DNA of 64,000 nucleotides from contig MGPH01000030.1 in assembly GCA_001797365.1 (NCBI GenBank), positions 1,963 through 65,962 of the forward strand. Reading direction: 5' to 3'. Position numbers and translations under genes: made by a program. The DNA comes from Deltaproteobacteria bacterium GWA2_45_12 (lineage in GTDB: Bacteria > UBA10199). Below the pieces are notes generated by a model that did no database searches, was not told the origin of the DNA, and saw only the letters and a program-made list of their open reading frames with translations. Of this stretch, positions 1 to 8,820 are shown piece after piece (the first letter of the stretch is position 1; every line of letters starts with the position of its first letter).

Positions 1-729
1 TTCAATGTCGGCACGCACCCTGTCTTTGGTTGCCTGCAGGTTTTGGGACAATAAGACAACAATGCTTAAAAAAATGGCTTCAAGGGAAACTCCCGTGGTT
101 AAAAGGCCAAAGGGGTAGGGGTCAAAGGGGATTAATTTTGGGATCAGGCCTAAATTCACAACAATCCACACAAGAAAAATAATCAGGTTTGCGAGCAAGA
201 AGGACATGCTTCCGGCAAGTTCGGTAATGCGATCGGCCATTTTTTGGGTCCAACCCAACTCACCAGCAATTTCTTCATTGGCATTTTTAGCCACCCGCGC
301 CCGGACCAGATTATTGGTTTGCCTGATCTGGTTACCCAGGGCACTTAATAAATGGATGGAGGCTTCGGGTTTTTGTTTTAAAAAATGGATCAAATCCTCC
401 CGGCCCAAACAAGCAAGCTGGGAAGTTTCCAGGGCGATGGCCGTGGCTGTACGTGGACCATGATCCAGAAGAGAAAGTTCCCCGAAAATTTCTCCGGGTT
501 CGGCCACCTTCAAAATGATTTTTTGCCCCGTGTGGTCGCGTATCGAAAGCTCTACATGGCCACTGACCACAAGATAAAGGCAGTTGCCGCTATCTCCAAA
601 ATCAAAAATGGTTTCCCCTTCGGCAAAGGACATGTTTTCAAAATTTTTTAAAAGCTCTTTGGCCTCGTTGGGTTCCAGAAATTTAAAGAGAGGTGTTTGG
701 TTGAGCCAGGTTTCATTAAAAAAAGTCAT
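1..729 (-). CDS. cyclic-nucleotide-binding domain protein fused to a DUF1003-like membrane domain (start codon at 727-729; 3' end runs off the window)
   Basis: Manual reverse-strand translation from the ATG at 727-729 gives MTFFNETWLNQTPLFKFLEPNEAKELLKNFENMSFAEGETIFDFGDSGNCLYLVVSGHVELSIRD...GEIFGELSLLDHGPRTATAIALE (cNMP-binding/Crp-like beta-roll), then a hydrophobic LLANLIIFLVWIVVNLGLIP segment. It is missing from the ORF track only because it lacks a stop inside the window. The plus-strand ORFs 206..463 and 385..651 are antisense artefacts. Confidence 0.6.
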   Translation of the reverse strand, partial: MTFFNETWLNQTPLFKFLEPNEAKELLKNFENMSFAEGETIFDFGDSGNCLYLVVSGHVELSIRDHTGQKIILKVAEPGEIFGELSLLDHGPRTATAIALETSQLACLGREDLIHFLKQKPEASIHLLSALGNQIRQTNNLVRARVAKNANEEIAGELGWTQKMADRITELAGSMSFLLANLIIFLVWIVVNLGLIPKLIPFDPYPFGLLTTGVSLEAIFLSIVVLLSQNLQATKDRVRADIE

Positions 730-840
730 GGGGTTTTTTAGCATGAAAGAATTTTGATGGCGATGACAAAAAACCTGAGGCTTTTTGAAGCTTTCGCTTT
801 TCATTTTCAAGGGAATCCTATAAATTAAATTTCTTCATTT

Positions 841-2439
841 ATGAATTGGAAGCAAAATAGTTTTATCCCCTACGCTCGTTGGCTTCGGGGACGCGCCTTG
901 CTGGGTCAAAACCCCGTGGCTTGCCACGGAATCTTGGGTCCAGGGCTTGCCCTGGGGTTCATACCATTGATTGTCATTTTTCTTATTTTTTTAGGTGTTT
1001 TATCGGGAGCATGCCGTTTTTTTTCATCGGGCCATAAAATCCCTGTCAAAAAAATTGTCCTTGAAAACGGATTCACGGCTCTTTTGGTTTCGCGACCGGG
1101 GGCTCCTGTTTTTTCGGCCTATCTCCGTATTAAAGTCGGAAATGTTGAAGAATCACCGGGATATTCCGGCCTGGCCCATTTTTTTGAACACATGGCTTTT
1201 AAAGGGACCGATAAAATTGGCACCAAAGATTATAAACAAGAAGAGATTATTCTAGACCGGATTCATGACGTAGGAACCAGGCTTACAAAGGCGCGGCAAG
1301 AAGGAAAGCCAGAGCAAGAGTTAAAACCCCTTATCCAAGAACTGAACAGATTGCAGAAGGAGCAGCAAACTCTTTTGGAGTCCAATGAATTTGCCCGCAT
1401 TTATCAACGTAATGGCGGGGCGGACATGAATGCCACGACCACCAACGATTACACCAGCTATTTTGTTTCACTACCTTCCAACAAACTTGAATTGTGGGCC
1501 TATCTTGAAAGTGAGCGTTTGCTGCATTCCGTTTTTCGTGAATTTTATAAAGAGCGCGATGTGGTGGCTGAAGAGCGGCGCATGCGTTATGACAATGATC
1601 CCGATGGCCACTTGTATGAGGAACTCATGCTTTTTGCCTTTGACAAGAGCCCTTATCGCGTTCCCGTTATCGGCTTTGCCAATGAAATCCATGGCTACAC
1701 GGTCGATGCTGCCAGAAAATTCAGGGAAACCTATTATGTCCCTTCCCGCATGGTGTTAAGTATTGTGGGCAGTTATGACTTGAAAGAAGCCGAAAAATGG
1801 ATACGTCAGTATTTTGGGAAATTGTCCGACAAGAAATCACCGGATCAGGTTTTTGAAAAGGAGGATTTTTCAAAAAATTTTCCCAGGGAAAAAGTTCTGG
1901 AAAGTCCTGATGAACCACGTTTTTACATGGTGTTTCATCGACCGGCCAACCCGCATCCTGATGACGAGGTTTTTGATGTGCTTGAAAACTTGTTGTGTGA
2001 TGGCCGGACTTCGCGACTCTATCGTGTTTTGGTGACCGAGAAAAAACTGGCTTCCCAAGTGGGTTGCTATGCCTCGTTACCCGGTTCAAGGTTGGATGGT
2101 GTTTTTACTTTCTATGCGCTTCCATTTCCCAATGTGAGCAACAGGCAGGTGTGGCAGGAAATTCTTGATCAACTTGAGTTGATGAAGACGGAGTTGGTCA
2201 CCAAAGAAGATCTGGGGAAAGTGATCAACCAGATCGACGCGGGTTTATTATGGGCGCTTAACGAAAATATAGGGTTGGCCAGCATGCTTACCTTTTTTGA
2301 GAGTTTGGCCGGAGACTGGCACTATGTTTACCGTTTAAGAGAAAGGGTCCGTCGCATGACGCCCGAAGATGTGCAGAGGGTGGCTAAAACCTATTTTGTG
2401 CCCAACCGAAGGGCCAGTGTCTTCATGGAAAAGAAATGA
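841..2439 (+). CDS. M16 (pitrilysin/insulinase) family zinc peptidase, catalytic subunit
   Basis: HFFEHMAFKGT = HxxEH inverted zinc-binding motif; 532 aa ORF. The first ~42 codons are encoded by the A-element repeat and are probably not translated. A likelier start is TTG at 967, giving a hydrophobic signal-like N-terminus IVIFLIFLGVLSGA. Confidence 0.85.
   Translation: MNWKQNSFIPYARWLRGRALLGQNPVACHGILGPGLALGFIPLIVIFLIFLGVLSGACRFFSSGHKIPVKKIVLENGFTALLVSRPGAPVFSAYLRIKVGNVEESPGYSGLAHFFEHMAFKGTDKIGTKDYKQEEIILDRIHDVGTRLTKARQEGKPEQELKPLIQELNRLQKEQQTLLESNEFARIYQRNGGADMNATTTNDYTSYFVSLPSNKLELWAYLESERLLHSVFREFYKERDVVAEERRMRYDNDPDGHLYEELMLFAFDKSPYRVPVIGFANEIHGYTVDAARKFRETYYVPSRMVLSIVGSYDLKEAEKWIRQYFGKLSDKKSPDQVFEKEDFSKNFPREKVLESPDEPRFYMVFHRPANPHPDDEVFDVLENLLCDGRTSRLYRVLVTEKKLASQVGCYASLPGSRLDGVFTFYALPFPNVSNRQVWQEILDQLELMKTELVTKEDLGKVINQIDAGLLWALNENIGLASMLTFFESLAGDWHYVYRLRERVRRMTPEDVQRVAKTYFVPNRRASVFMEKK
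866..972 (+). repeat. A-element copy 1 (multi-hairpin ~107 bp repeat)
   Basis: Near-identical to 13381..13484 and 20137..20262. Contains stacked hairpins CCGTGGC-TT-GCCACGG and CCAGGGC-TT-GCCCTGG. Lies inside the annotated N-terminus of ORF 841..2439. Confidence 0.7.
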
Positions 2440-2443
2440 TTGC

Positions 2444-2471
2444 GTAAGGGCAATTCATGAATTGCCCTTAC
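2444..2471. repeat. REP-like 28 bp perfect palindrome GTAAGGGCAATTCATGAATTGCCCTTAC
   Basis: Perfect dyad 5 nt after the M16 stop. Same palindrome at 11529, 31993 and 41113; a near-copy at 26225; compensated variants at 41555 and 53756; a half-copy near 20035. Confidence 0.8.
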
Positions 2472-2535
2472 AAAGTACATGGTAAGCCCCGTCGTGTTTG
2501 ACAACACGATAGGTCAAATCATGAAAGGATAATAC

Positions 2536-3960
2536 GTGCCTATCAGGCGATTATATTTGGGAATTCTTTTTTTGTTTTTTTGCTTGAATCCAGGGAGTAT
2601 TTTTTCTTTTGATTCCGCCGTCCCCCCCTTAGAGGCAAAACCCCTGCCCCAATTTAAAACGCCCGAGATAAAGACCCATGTTTTTTCCAATGGTCTCAGG
2701 CTTTATTTCCTTCCCAACGATGATCTGCCCCTGTTTCAGGCCAATGCCATGATTCAATTTTCTTCTCTGGACGAATCCCGGGAAAAAAGGGGGTTGGTTC
2801 AAATGTTGATGAGTGCCATGGAAACGGGAGGGACAAAAAAACAGTCGGGGGATGAAATTGATAAAATTCTTGAGTATCGCGCGGCTTCCATTGATGCCCA
2901 GCACTCTCATGAATGGTGCAGTCTTTCGGCCAAATCCCTTTCAAAAGACCATCCGCTTATTTTACAGCTTCTTTTTGACATGATGACCCAACCTGCTTTT
3001 GAAGAAAATAAGGTCGAACTTGTCCGTAAACGCATGTTGGATAGCATTACAAGACGCAATGAAGACCCGGGAAATATTGCCGATCGTGAGTTTGCCCAAA
3101 GCATGTATGGGGAGTCTAGCCCCTTGGCCCGTCTCTTTAACCAAGAGACGGTAAAAAACCTGTCACGGGAGAACCTGTTTTCATTCCTGGATGCTAATCT
3201 CGACCCGGCCCGTGTCTGGATTGCCGTTTCAGGGGATGTGAGTTGGGAGAAGCTGGTGGCCCTTGTTGAAAAACTCAATGAAAATTTCGTTTCAAGGAAA
3301 ATTTCGCGTCCATCCCGTGATCCTGTTTTAAAGGAATGGAAACCCGGGGTTGAATTTGTTTCCAAGGAGACAAATCAGGCTTCCATTATTGTGGGGCATT
3401 TTGGGGAAAAAAGATTTAACCCTGACAAATATGCCCTGATGTTGGCCAATTATGTTTTGGGGGGAACCACCTTTGGATCACGTTTGGGAGATACCATCCG
3501 GACCAAGCTGGGATTGGCTTATGCCATTAATTCCAATTTTGGTTTTGAAACGGATTATGGTCTTTTTAAAATGAAAGCCCAAACCAAGTCGGCTTCAACA
3601 GCCACGGTCATCGGTGAAATGAAGCATATTTTGGGGGAGATGATCCTGGATTACCCCGTCACTCAAGCCGAGCTTGATGAAGCCAAAAAAGCGATCTTAA
3701 ATAATCTCATTTTCCAGTATTCAGACCCCTTTGAAATTGTTATGGCCCGCATGCATTATGATTATTACGGGTATCCACCCGACTATTTTGAGGTTTTTCA
3801 GAGGGAAATCGCCCGGGTGACGGTTGATGAGGTGAATGCTGTTCTCAAGAAATATTTTTATCCTGACAAGCTCAAAATTCTTGTTGTGGGGGATAAAAAA
3901 GCGGTTGGAAATCTGTCAGAGTTTGGTCCTGTTGTGGATCGCCCCTTAGATAATCAATGA
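2536..3960 (+). CDS. M16 family peptidase, non-catalytic/partner subunit (no HxxEH)
   Basis: 474 aa with insulinase-like fold features and no zinc motif. Adjacent to and co-oriented with the catalytic M16 gene, the usual arrangement. N-terminal signal-like segment LGILFLFFCLNPGSIFSF. Confidence 0.72.
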   Translation: MPIRRLYLGILFLFFCLNPGSIFSFDSAVPPLEAKPLPQFKTPEIKTHVFSNGLRLYFLPNDDLPLFQANAMIQFSSLDESREKRGLVQMLMSAMETGGTKKQSGDEIDKILEYRAASIDAQHSHEWCSLSAKSLSKDHPLILQLLFDMMTQPAFEENKVELVRKRMLDSITRRNEDPGNIADREFAQSMYGESSPLARLFNQETVKNLSRENLFSFLDANLDPARVWIAVSGDVSWEKLVALVEKLNENFVSRKISRPSRDPVLKEWKPGVEFVSKETNQASIIVGHFGEKRFNPDKYALMLANYVLGGTTFGSRLGDTIRTKLGLAYAINSNFGFETDYGLFKMKAQTKSASTATVIGEMKHILGEMILDYPVTQAELDEAKKAILNNLIFQYSDPFEIVMARMHYDYYGYPPDYFEVFQREIARVTVDEVNAVLKKYFYPDKLKILVVGDKKAVGNLSEFGPVVDRPLDNQ

Positions 3961-3961
3961 T

Positions 3962-5626
3962 ATGAAAGAAAAACTTGAAATCCTTTTGTTACAGGCTGTC
4001 CTGAAAGCCTATCCCAATTCCATAAGCTCCTTGCAGGTGGAAGTGCCCGCCGATTCCAAACACGGGGACTTTGCCAGCAATGTGGCCATGGTGCTGACCA
4101 AGGCCCTTAAAAAAAATCCGCGAGAAATTGCCCAGACCATCAAGGACAATATTGATTTGTCCGATGGAATGATCGGGTCCGTTGTTATTGAAGGCCCTGG
4201 TTTTTTAAATTTTAAGTTAACCCAGGGTTTTTGGATTCGTGCCCTCAAAATCATTGATGAACAAAAAAAAATGTTTGGTGTGTGCCAGGCCTATAAAGGA
4301 AAAAAAGCCATGGTGGAGTTTGTCAGTGCCAATCCCACCGGTCCCCTGCATATCGGACATGGCCGTAATGCCGTTGTGGGAGATACCATTGCGCGCCTGC
4401 TTTCAGCGGTTGGGTATGAAGTGACGCGTGAATATTATGTCAACGATGGGGGAATTCAAATTTCAACCCTCGGGCGCTCGGTCTATGCCCGTTATCTTCA
4501 AAAACAAGGGGTCGAGGTTCCCTTTCCCGAAGATGGCTATCAGGGGGATTACATTGCCGATATCGCCGCTGAACTTTTGCCCCGAAGTGCTGAATTTGAA
4601 AGGATGCCCAGGGATCAGATTATTGAAACCTTTGGACGTTATGCGGGGGATAAAATCCTTGGTGAAATTTTGGAAGATTTGCGTCGTGTGGGAGTGCAGT
4701 TTGATTCCATTTTTCAGGAATCTTCCTTGTACAAGCAGGATAAAGTTCGTCAAACCATAGATGAACTCAAGGCAAAAAATCTGGTGTATGAACAGGAAGG
4801 GGCTCTTTGGCTTCGGTCAACTTCCTTTGGTGATGACAAAGATCGCGTTCTTATCAAGAGCGATGGTTCTTATACCTATCTTTCGCCGGATATCGCCTAC
4901 CATCGTGACAAATTCAAACGGGGGTTTGATCTTTTGGTGAATGTTTGGGGCGCTGACCATGCCGGGTACGGCCCAAGGCTTAAAGCGGCCCTTTTGGGTT
5001 TGGGTTATCCGGCCGATCATTTACATCTCGTTTTTATTCAAATGGTCAGTTTGATCAGGGAAGGCGAAACTGTTTCCATGTCCACCCGACGGGCCACTTA
5101 TGAAACCCTTGAAGATGTTGTCAAAGCCGTTGGAAAGGATGTGGCCCGTTATTTTTTCATGATGCGATCCTATCAGGCCCAACTTGAATTTGATATGGAG
5201 CTGGCCAAAAAGGAAACTTCCGAAAACCCTGTTTATTATATTCAGTATGCCCATGCGCGCATATGCAGTATTTTTGAAAAAGCCCTTGAAGAGCAAAAAA
5301 TTGCGGTTCCTGCTTATAAAGATGAATGGAGTGCTTTGCTTGGGTTGCCTGAAGAAACCGAAATGGCGCAGCTTCTTTTGGAATATCCGGAATCTATTTT
5401 AAAGGCCGCTTCCGAAATTACCCCCCATCGTGTGGCTCACTATGCCCTTGAATTGGCCAGGGCCTTTCAGTCATATTATGACAAGGCACGCAGTGATGAT
5501 CGTTATCGTGTGGTGGGGCATGACAAAAAAACCACACAAGCCAAATTGTTTTTCTTAAGTTGTGTCCGGCAAGTGCTTCAGAATGCCATGCATGTTTTGG
5601 GTATTGAAGCCCCGGAGAAAATGTAA
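3962..5626 (+). CDS. argS: arginine--tRNA ligase
   Basis: 554 aa; class I HIGH motif PTGPLHIGHGRNAVVGD; DALR anticodon-binding-like C-terminus. Confidence 0.93.
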   Translation: MKEKLEILLLQAVLKAYPNSISSLQVEVPADSKHGDFASNVAMVLTKALKKNPREIAQTIKDNIDLSDGMIGSVVIEGPGFLNFKLTQGFWIRALKIIDEQKKMFGVCQAYKGKKAMVEFVSANPTGPLHIGHGRNAVVGDTIARLLSAVGYEVTREYYVNDGGIQISTLGRSVYARYLQKQGVEVPFPEDGYQGDYIADIAAELLPRSAEFERMPRDQIIETFGRYAGDKILGEILEDLRRVGVQFDSIFQESSLYKQDKVRQTIDELKAKNLVYEQEGALWLRSTSFGDDKDRVLIKSDGSYTYLSPDIAYHRDKFKRGFDLLVNVWGADHAGYGPRLKAALLGLGYPADHLHLVFIQMVSLIREGETVSMSTRRATYETLEDVVKAVGKDVARYFFMMRSYQAQLEFDMELAKKETSENPVYYIQYAHARICSIFEKALEEQKIAVPAYKDEWSALLGLPEETEMAQLLLEYPESILKAASEITPHRVAHYALELARAFQSYYDKARSDDRYRVVGHDKKTTQAKLFFLSCVRQVLQNAMHVLGIEAPEKM

Positions 5627-5736
5627 GTGCGACCGGCCCTGTACAGATACTACCCTTCGACTAGGCTCAGGGTGTCCATTATTTATCAAATTATAGGACA
5701 TGGTGAGCTTCGTCGAACCATGCATTGGGATAATGT

Positions 5737-6486
5737 ATGTCTACCGAACGTACCATCCAACTAACTCTGGGCCAAGTTATTTTCATCAGTGTTTCTGTTT
5801 TTGTTATTGGATTTTCACTTTTTTATTTGGGGGCGCGCTTCGGCCCCCAATTTTTCTGGAATATTGACCTGGTAGCTCTTCATTCTTCTTCCATTTTACC
5901 TCCCGAAGTCAATGAGGCCGAGTTGGAAGCTCTTCTTAAAGAAACCAAAAAACCGTTTGTGAATTGGTATGATCATTTGGAAAAAAGGGGGGGAGAAGTA
6001 GTCAGTAAAAATCTTTCCGCACAAAAAGATCCTTCTTTTTTGGAAATTGAAGATGAAGTGAAGACTCAGCCCATCGAACAAAAACCAAAAATAGAACAGA
6101 AGCCAAAACAGGTTGCTGCGGTGAAGCCAGATCCAAAACCGGCATCGCAAGGTGTGCCCACCAAGCCCCAAGTCCAAGAAACACCCGTTCCTAAAAAAGA
6201 AGATCCTTTGGCCAAGGTGATTGATCACTTGTCTGCACCTTCTGTGGCGATTTCTTCTGCACCATCCATGTTGCAGCTAGGTGGGTATTCCAGCTTTGAA
6301 GAAGCCAGTGATGTTCAAAAACGAATCAAGAAACTGGGGATTGGTGTTCAGATGAAAACATTGACGGGTTCTAACGGAAATAAATACCTTTTAAGCATGG
6401 GACCGTTTGGTTCTGCTGATGAGGCCCGCCAGATTCAATCCAGAATTCGACAATATGCCGGTGTTTTTCCTCTCTTGGTCGAATAA
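5737..6486 (+). CDS. SPOR-domain protein (septal peptidoglycan binding; FtsN/DedD-like) with a TM anchor and a Pro/Lys-rich linker
   Basis: N-terminal TM helix; repeats PIEQKPKIEQKPKQ; C-terminal ~75 aa LQLGGYSSFEEASDVQKRIKKLGIGVQMKT...PFGSADEARQIQSRIRQ resembles the SPOR fold. Confidence 0.6.
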   Translation: MSTERTIQLTLGQVIFISVSVFVIGFSLFYLGARFGPQFFWNIDLVALHSSSILPPEVNEAELEALLKETKKPFVNWYDHLEKRGGEVVSKNLSAQKDPSFLEIEDEVKTQPIEQKPKIEQKPKQVAAVKPDPKPASQGVPTKPQVQETPVPKKEDPLAKVIDHLSAPSVAISSAPSMLQLGGYSSFEEASDVQKRIKKLGIGVQMKTLTGSNGNKYLLSMGPFGSADEARQIQSRIRQYAGVFPLLVE

Positions 6487-7815
6487 TTAAAGCAAAGAAC
6501 CTTGAAGAAGCAGGGCCGCAATGGAAAAATAAATGATAAGCCCTCCCACGTCGACCAATGTGGCGACAAAAGGGGCCGAGGCGCTTGCGGGGTCCAGCTT
6601 GAGTCTGCTTAAAATGAAGGGAAGCATCGAGCCGGCGATGGTTCCTATAAGAACCACGCCAATCAGGCTGGCAAAAAGCGTGATGGCAATGAGTGTGTAG
6701 TGTTCACCATAGCTTTCAAAAAAATATTGCCACACAAAAATACGGATAAAGCCGATGACTCCCAAAACCCCTCCCAGCGCCAACCCTGAAAAAATTTCAC
6801 GTTTTGCGACACGCCACCAATCCCGAAGGGTTATTTCTCCCACAGCCATCGCCCGAATGACCAGAGTGGAAGCCTGTGATCCGGAATTACCCCCACTGGA
6901 GATGATGAGGGGAAGAAACAGGGCCAATACGACCGCTTTTTCAATTTCAAGGGCGTAACGACTCATGGCAGAGGCTGTGAGCATTTCTCCTAGAAATAAG
7001 ACTGACAGCCAGCCAGCCCTTTTTTTAACCAGGTCGAAAATGCTGGTTTTCATGTAGGGCATTTCCAGGGGGGATACAGCACCCAATTTCTGGATGTCTT
7101 CAGTGGCTTCCTCAGTCATGACATCGACAATATCATCCACGGTAACAACACCCTTAAGCCGGTTTTCCGAATCGACAACCGGAACGGCCAGAAATTTGTA
7201 GCGTTTGAAAAGTTGCCCCAAAGCTTCCTGATCCATGGCTTCATCGGCTTTGACGATGTGGGTTCGCATGATGTCCCTGATTTTCTTTTGAGGGTCGGCG
7301 GAAAAAAGATCGCGGTAGGATACAACCCCCAACAGATGCTGACCTTCGTCTAAAACATAAATGTAATAAATGTTTTCAATTTGGGCCCGCGTTTGTCTTT
7401 TAAGATAACTAATGGCCTCATCTAAGGGCATGTCGGGACGTAGCCGTGCATAACGCGGATTCATCAAGCCACCGGCATCGTCCTCGGCATAGGCCAAAAG
7501 GGCGGTTACTTCTTTACGCGTGGGCTCGTCTAAATATTGAAGGAGGGAAGGATGCTGCTCTTTGTTGACAATTTGCAGGACATCGGCGGCATCATCGGGG
7601 GGTAAAAGCCGTATCCATGAACGTTTTTCACCCTCGGGCAGATTGGTGAGAATGTCGGCCTGATCCTCAGAAGATAATTGCAGGAAAAAATTTTCGGCCA
7701 CGGGGCGCGATGGAGCGTAAAGGGCTTCCAGGCGTTCTTCCCCCTGAAGAATGGGCCAGACATCTTCAAGCTCTTCTAAAGAAAGGATGTCGTTGGATGA
7801 ACGGGGAAATTCCAT
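6487..7815 (-). CDS. mgtE: magnesium transporter MgtE
   Basis: 442 aa; MgtE-N domain, tandem CBS region and a C-terminal 5-TM domain with a GGNSGSQ-like motif. Confidence 0.88.
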   Translation of the reverse strand: MEFPRSSNDILSLEELEDVWPILQGEERLEALYAPSRPVAENFFLQLSSEDQADILTNLPEGEKRSWIRLLPPDDAADVLQIVNKEQHPSLLQYLDEPTRKEVTALLAYAEDDAGGLMNPRYARLRPDMPLDEAISYLKRQTRAQIENIYYIYVLDEGQHLLGVVSYRDLFSADPQKKIRDIMRTHIVKADEAMDQEALGQLFKRYKFLAVPVVDSENRLKGVVTVDDIVDVMTEEATEDIQKLGAVSPLEMPYMKTSIFDLVKKRAGWLSVLFLGEMLTASAMSRYALEIEKAVVLALFLPLIISSGGNSGSQASTLVIRAMAVGEITLRDWWRVAKREIFSGLALGGVLGVIGFIRIFVWQYFFESYGEHYTLIAITLFASLIGVVLIGTIAGSMLPFILSRLKLDPASASAPFVATLVDVGGLIIYFSIAALLLQGSLL

Positions 7816-7851
7816 GCCTTTTTTTACACTGATTATAGGGTTATTGACAAA

Positions 7852-8505
7852 CTATTTGAGTAAAACCAGGACATCTTCTTTTTTGAAACGCACTTTGGCC
7901 GATCGGGCATGCTTGTCATTTTCTGCCCTGTAACCAAGGGCACAAGCCACCCGTGTGGCATAGCCCGAATCTTGGACGTTTAAAACCTTATCATATTTTT
8001 CCGGTTCAAGGCCCTCCATGGGGCAGGCATCCACACCCAGGACGGCGGCTGAGGTGAGTAAATTCCCAAGGGCCAGATAAATCTGGTTGGTGGCCCAATG
8101 GGTGATGGTGGCATGGCGGGGACCGCTGACAAGATCGGTCATCATCATTTTTTTATAACCGGCCAGTGACTCAACAGCTGTGTGTCTTACTTCGCAAGTG
8201 CGAGCGATGAAACGGTCGATGTCGGTTTCGGTGATATCGGTTTTGGCCAAAAACACCACATAGTGGGAACAATCAACAACCTGTTTTTGGTTCCAGGAAA
8301 GCGGAAGAAGTTTTTCTTTAAGGGTTGGTTCGGTGATCACCAAAAATTTCCATGGCTGAAGACCATAGGAAGAAGGGGTAAGCACCAGGCATTCTTCAAG
8401 GGCATTCCATAGAGGGGGAGGAATTTTTTTCTGCTCCTCAAATTTTTTAACGGCATAACGCCACTTCATTTGAGTCAGAAGGTCTTGTGAAGAAAAAGTT
8501 GACAT
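7852..8505 (-). CDS. nitroreductase family protein
   Basis: 217 aa; nitroreductase-fold signatures; size typical of NfsB/oxygen-insensitive NAD(P)H nitroreductases. Confidence 0.72.
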   Translation of the reverse strand: MSTFSSQDLLTQMKWRYAVKKFEEQKKIPPPLWNALEECLVLTPSSYGLQPWKFLVITEPTLKEKLLPLSWNQKQVVDCSHYVVFLAKTDITETDIDRFIARTCEVRHTAVESLAGYKKMMMTDLVSGPRHATITHWATNQIYLALGNLLTSAAVLGVDACPMEGLEPEKYDKVLNVQDSGYATRVACALGYRAENDKHARSAKVRFKKEDVLVLLK

Positions 8506-8595
8506 AAAATTTCTGCTCCCTCATCCAACAAACAGGACTCCCTATTTTTCAAAGTAATGGGACAAGATAACAGGGGCCAAATCATTCTTGACGCT

Positions 8596-8618
8596 ATATA
8601 TAGGGTCATATAGGGTCA
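8596..8618 (+). promoter_or_regulatory. tandem 10 bp direct repeat ATATAGGGTC x2, candidate operator
   Basis: tatatagggtcatatagggtcacc lies 8-30 nt upstream of the RHH ORF start. Ribbon-helix-helix dimers typically bind tandem direct repeats. Confidence 0.35.
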
Positions 8619-8625
8619 CCACCCC

Positions 8626-8820
8626 ATGGCACGGAAGAAAATTTCCACCACTGTTTACATCACACCCGAACAGGATGAACTGTTAAAACAGTTGCATGAA
8701 AAAACCAGGGTGCCCATTGCCGAATATATTCGGCAAGGAATAGATTTGGTTTTGAACAAATACAAGCACAATCTTCCTGGACAAATGTTTCTTATAGACC
8801 AAGAAGAAGAATCTTCATAA
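8626..8820 (+). CDS. ribbon-helix-helix (CopG/Arc/MetJ-type) DNA-binding protein
   Basis: 64 aa; [43 protein letters not shown] fits the beta-strand-helix-helix pattern. Its stop overlaps the lepA start (TAATG). Confidence 0.5.
   Translation: MARKKISTTVYITPEQDELLKQLHEKTRVPIAEYIRQGIDLVLNKYKHNLPGQMFLIDQEEESS

Noticed and set aside
206-651. Plus-strand ORFs 206..463 and 385..651 at the window start
   Set aside because: They are antisense to a clean, motif-bearing minus-strand gene (cNMP-binding plus membrane domain) read manually from 729 to the window edge.
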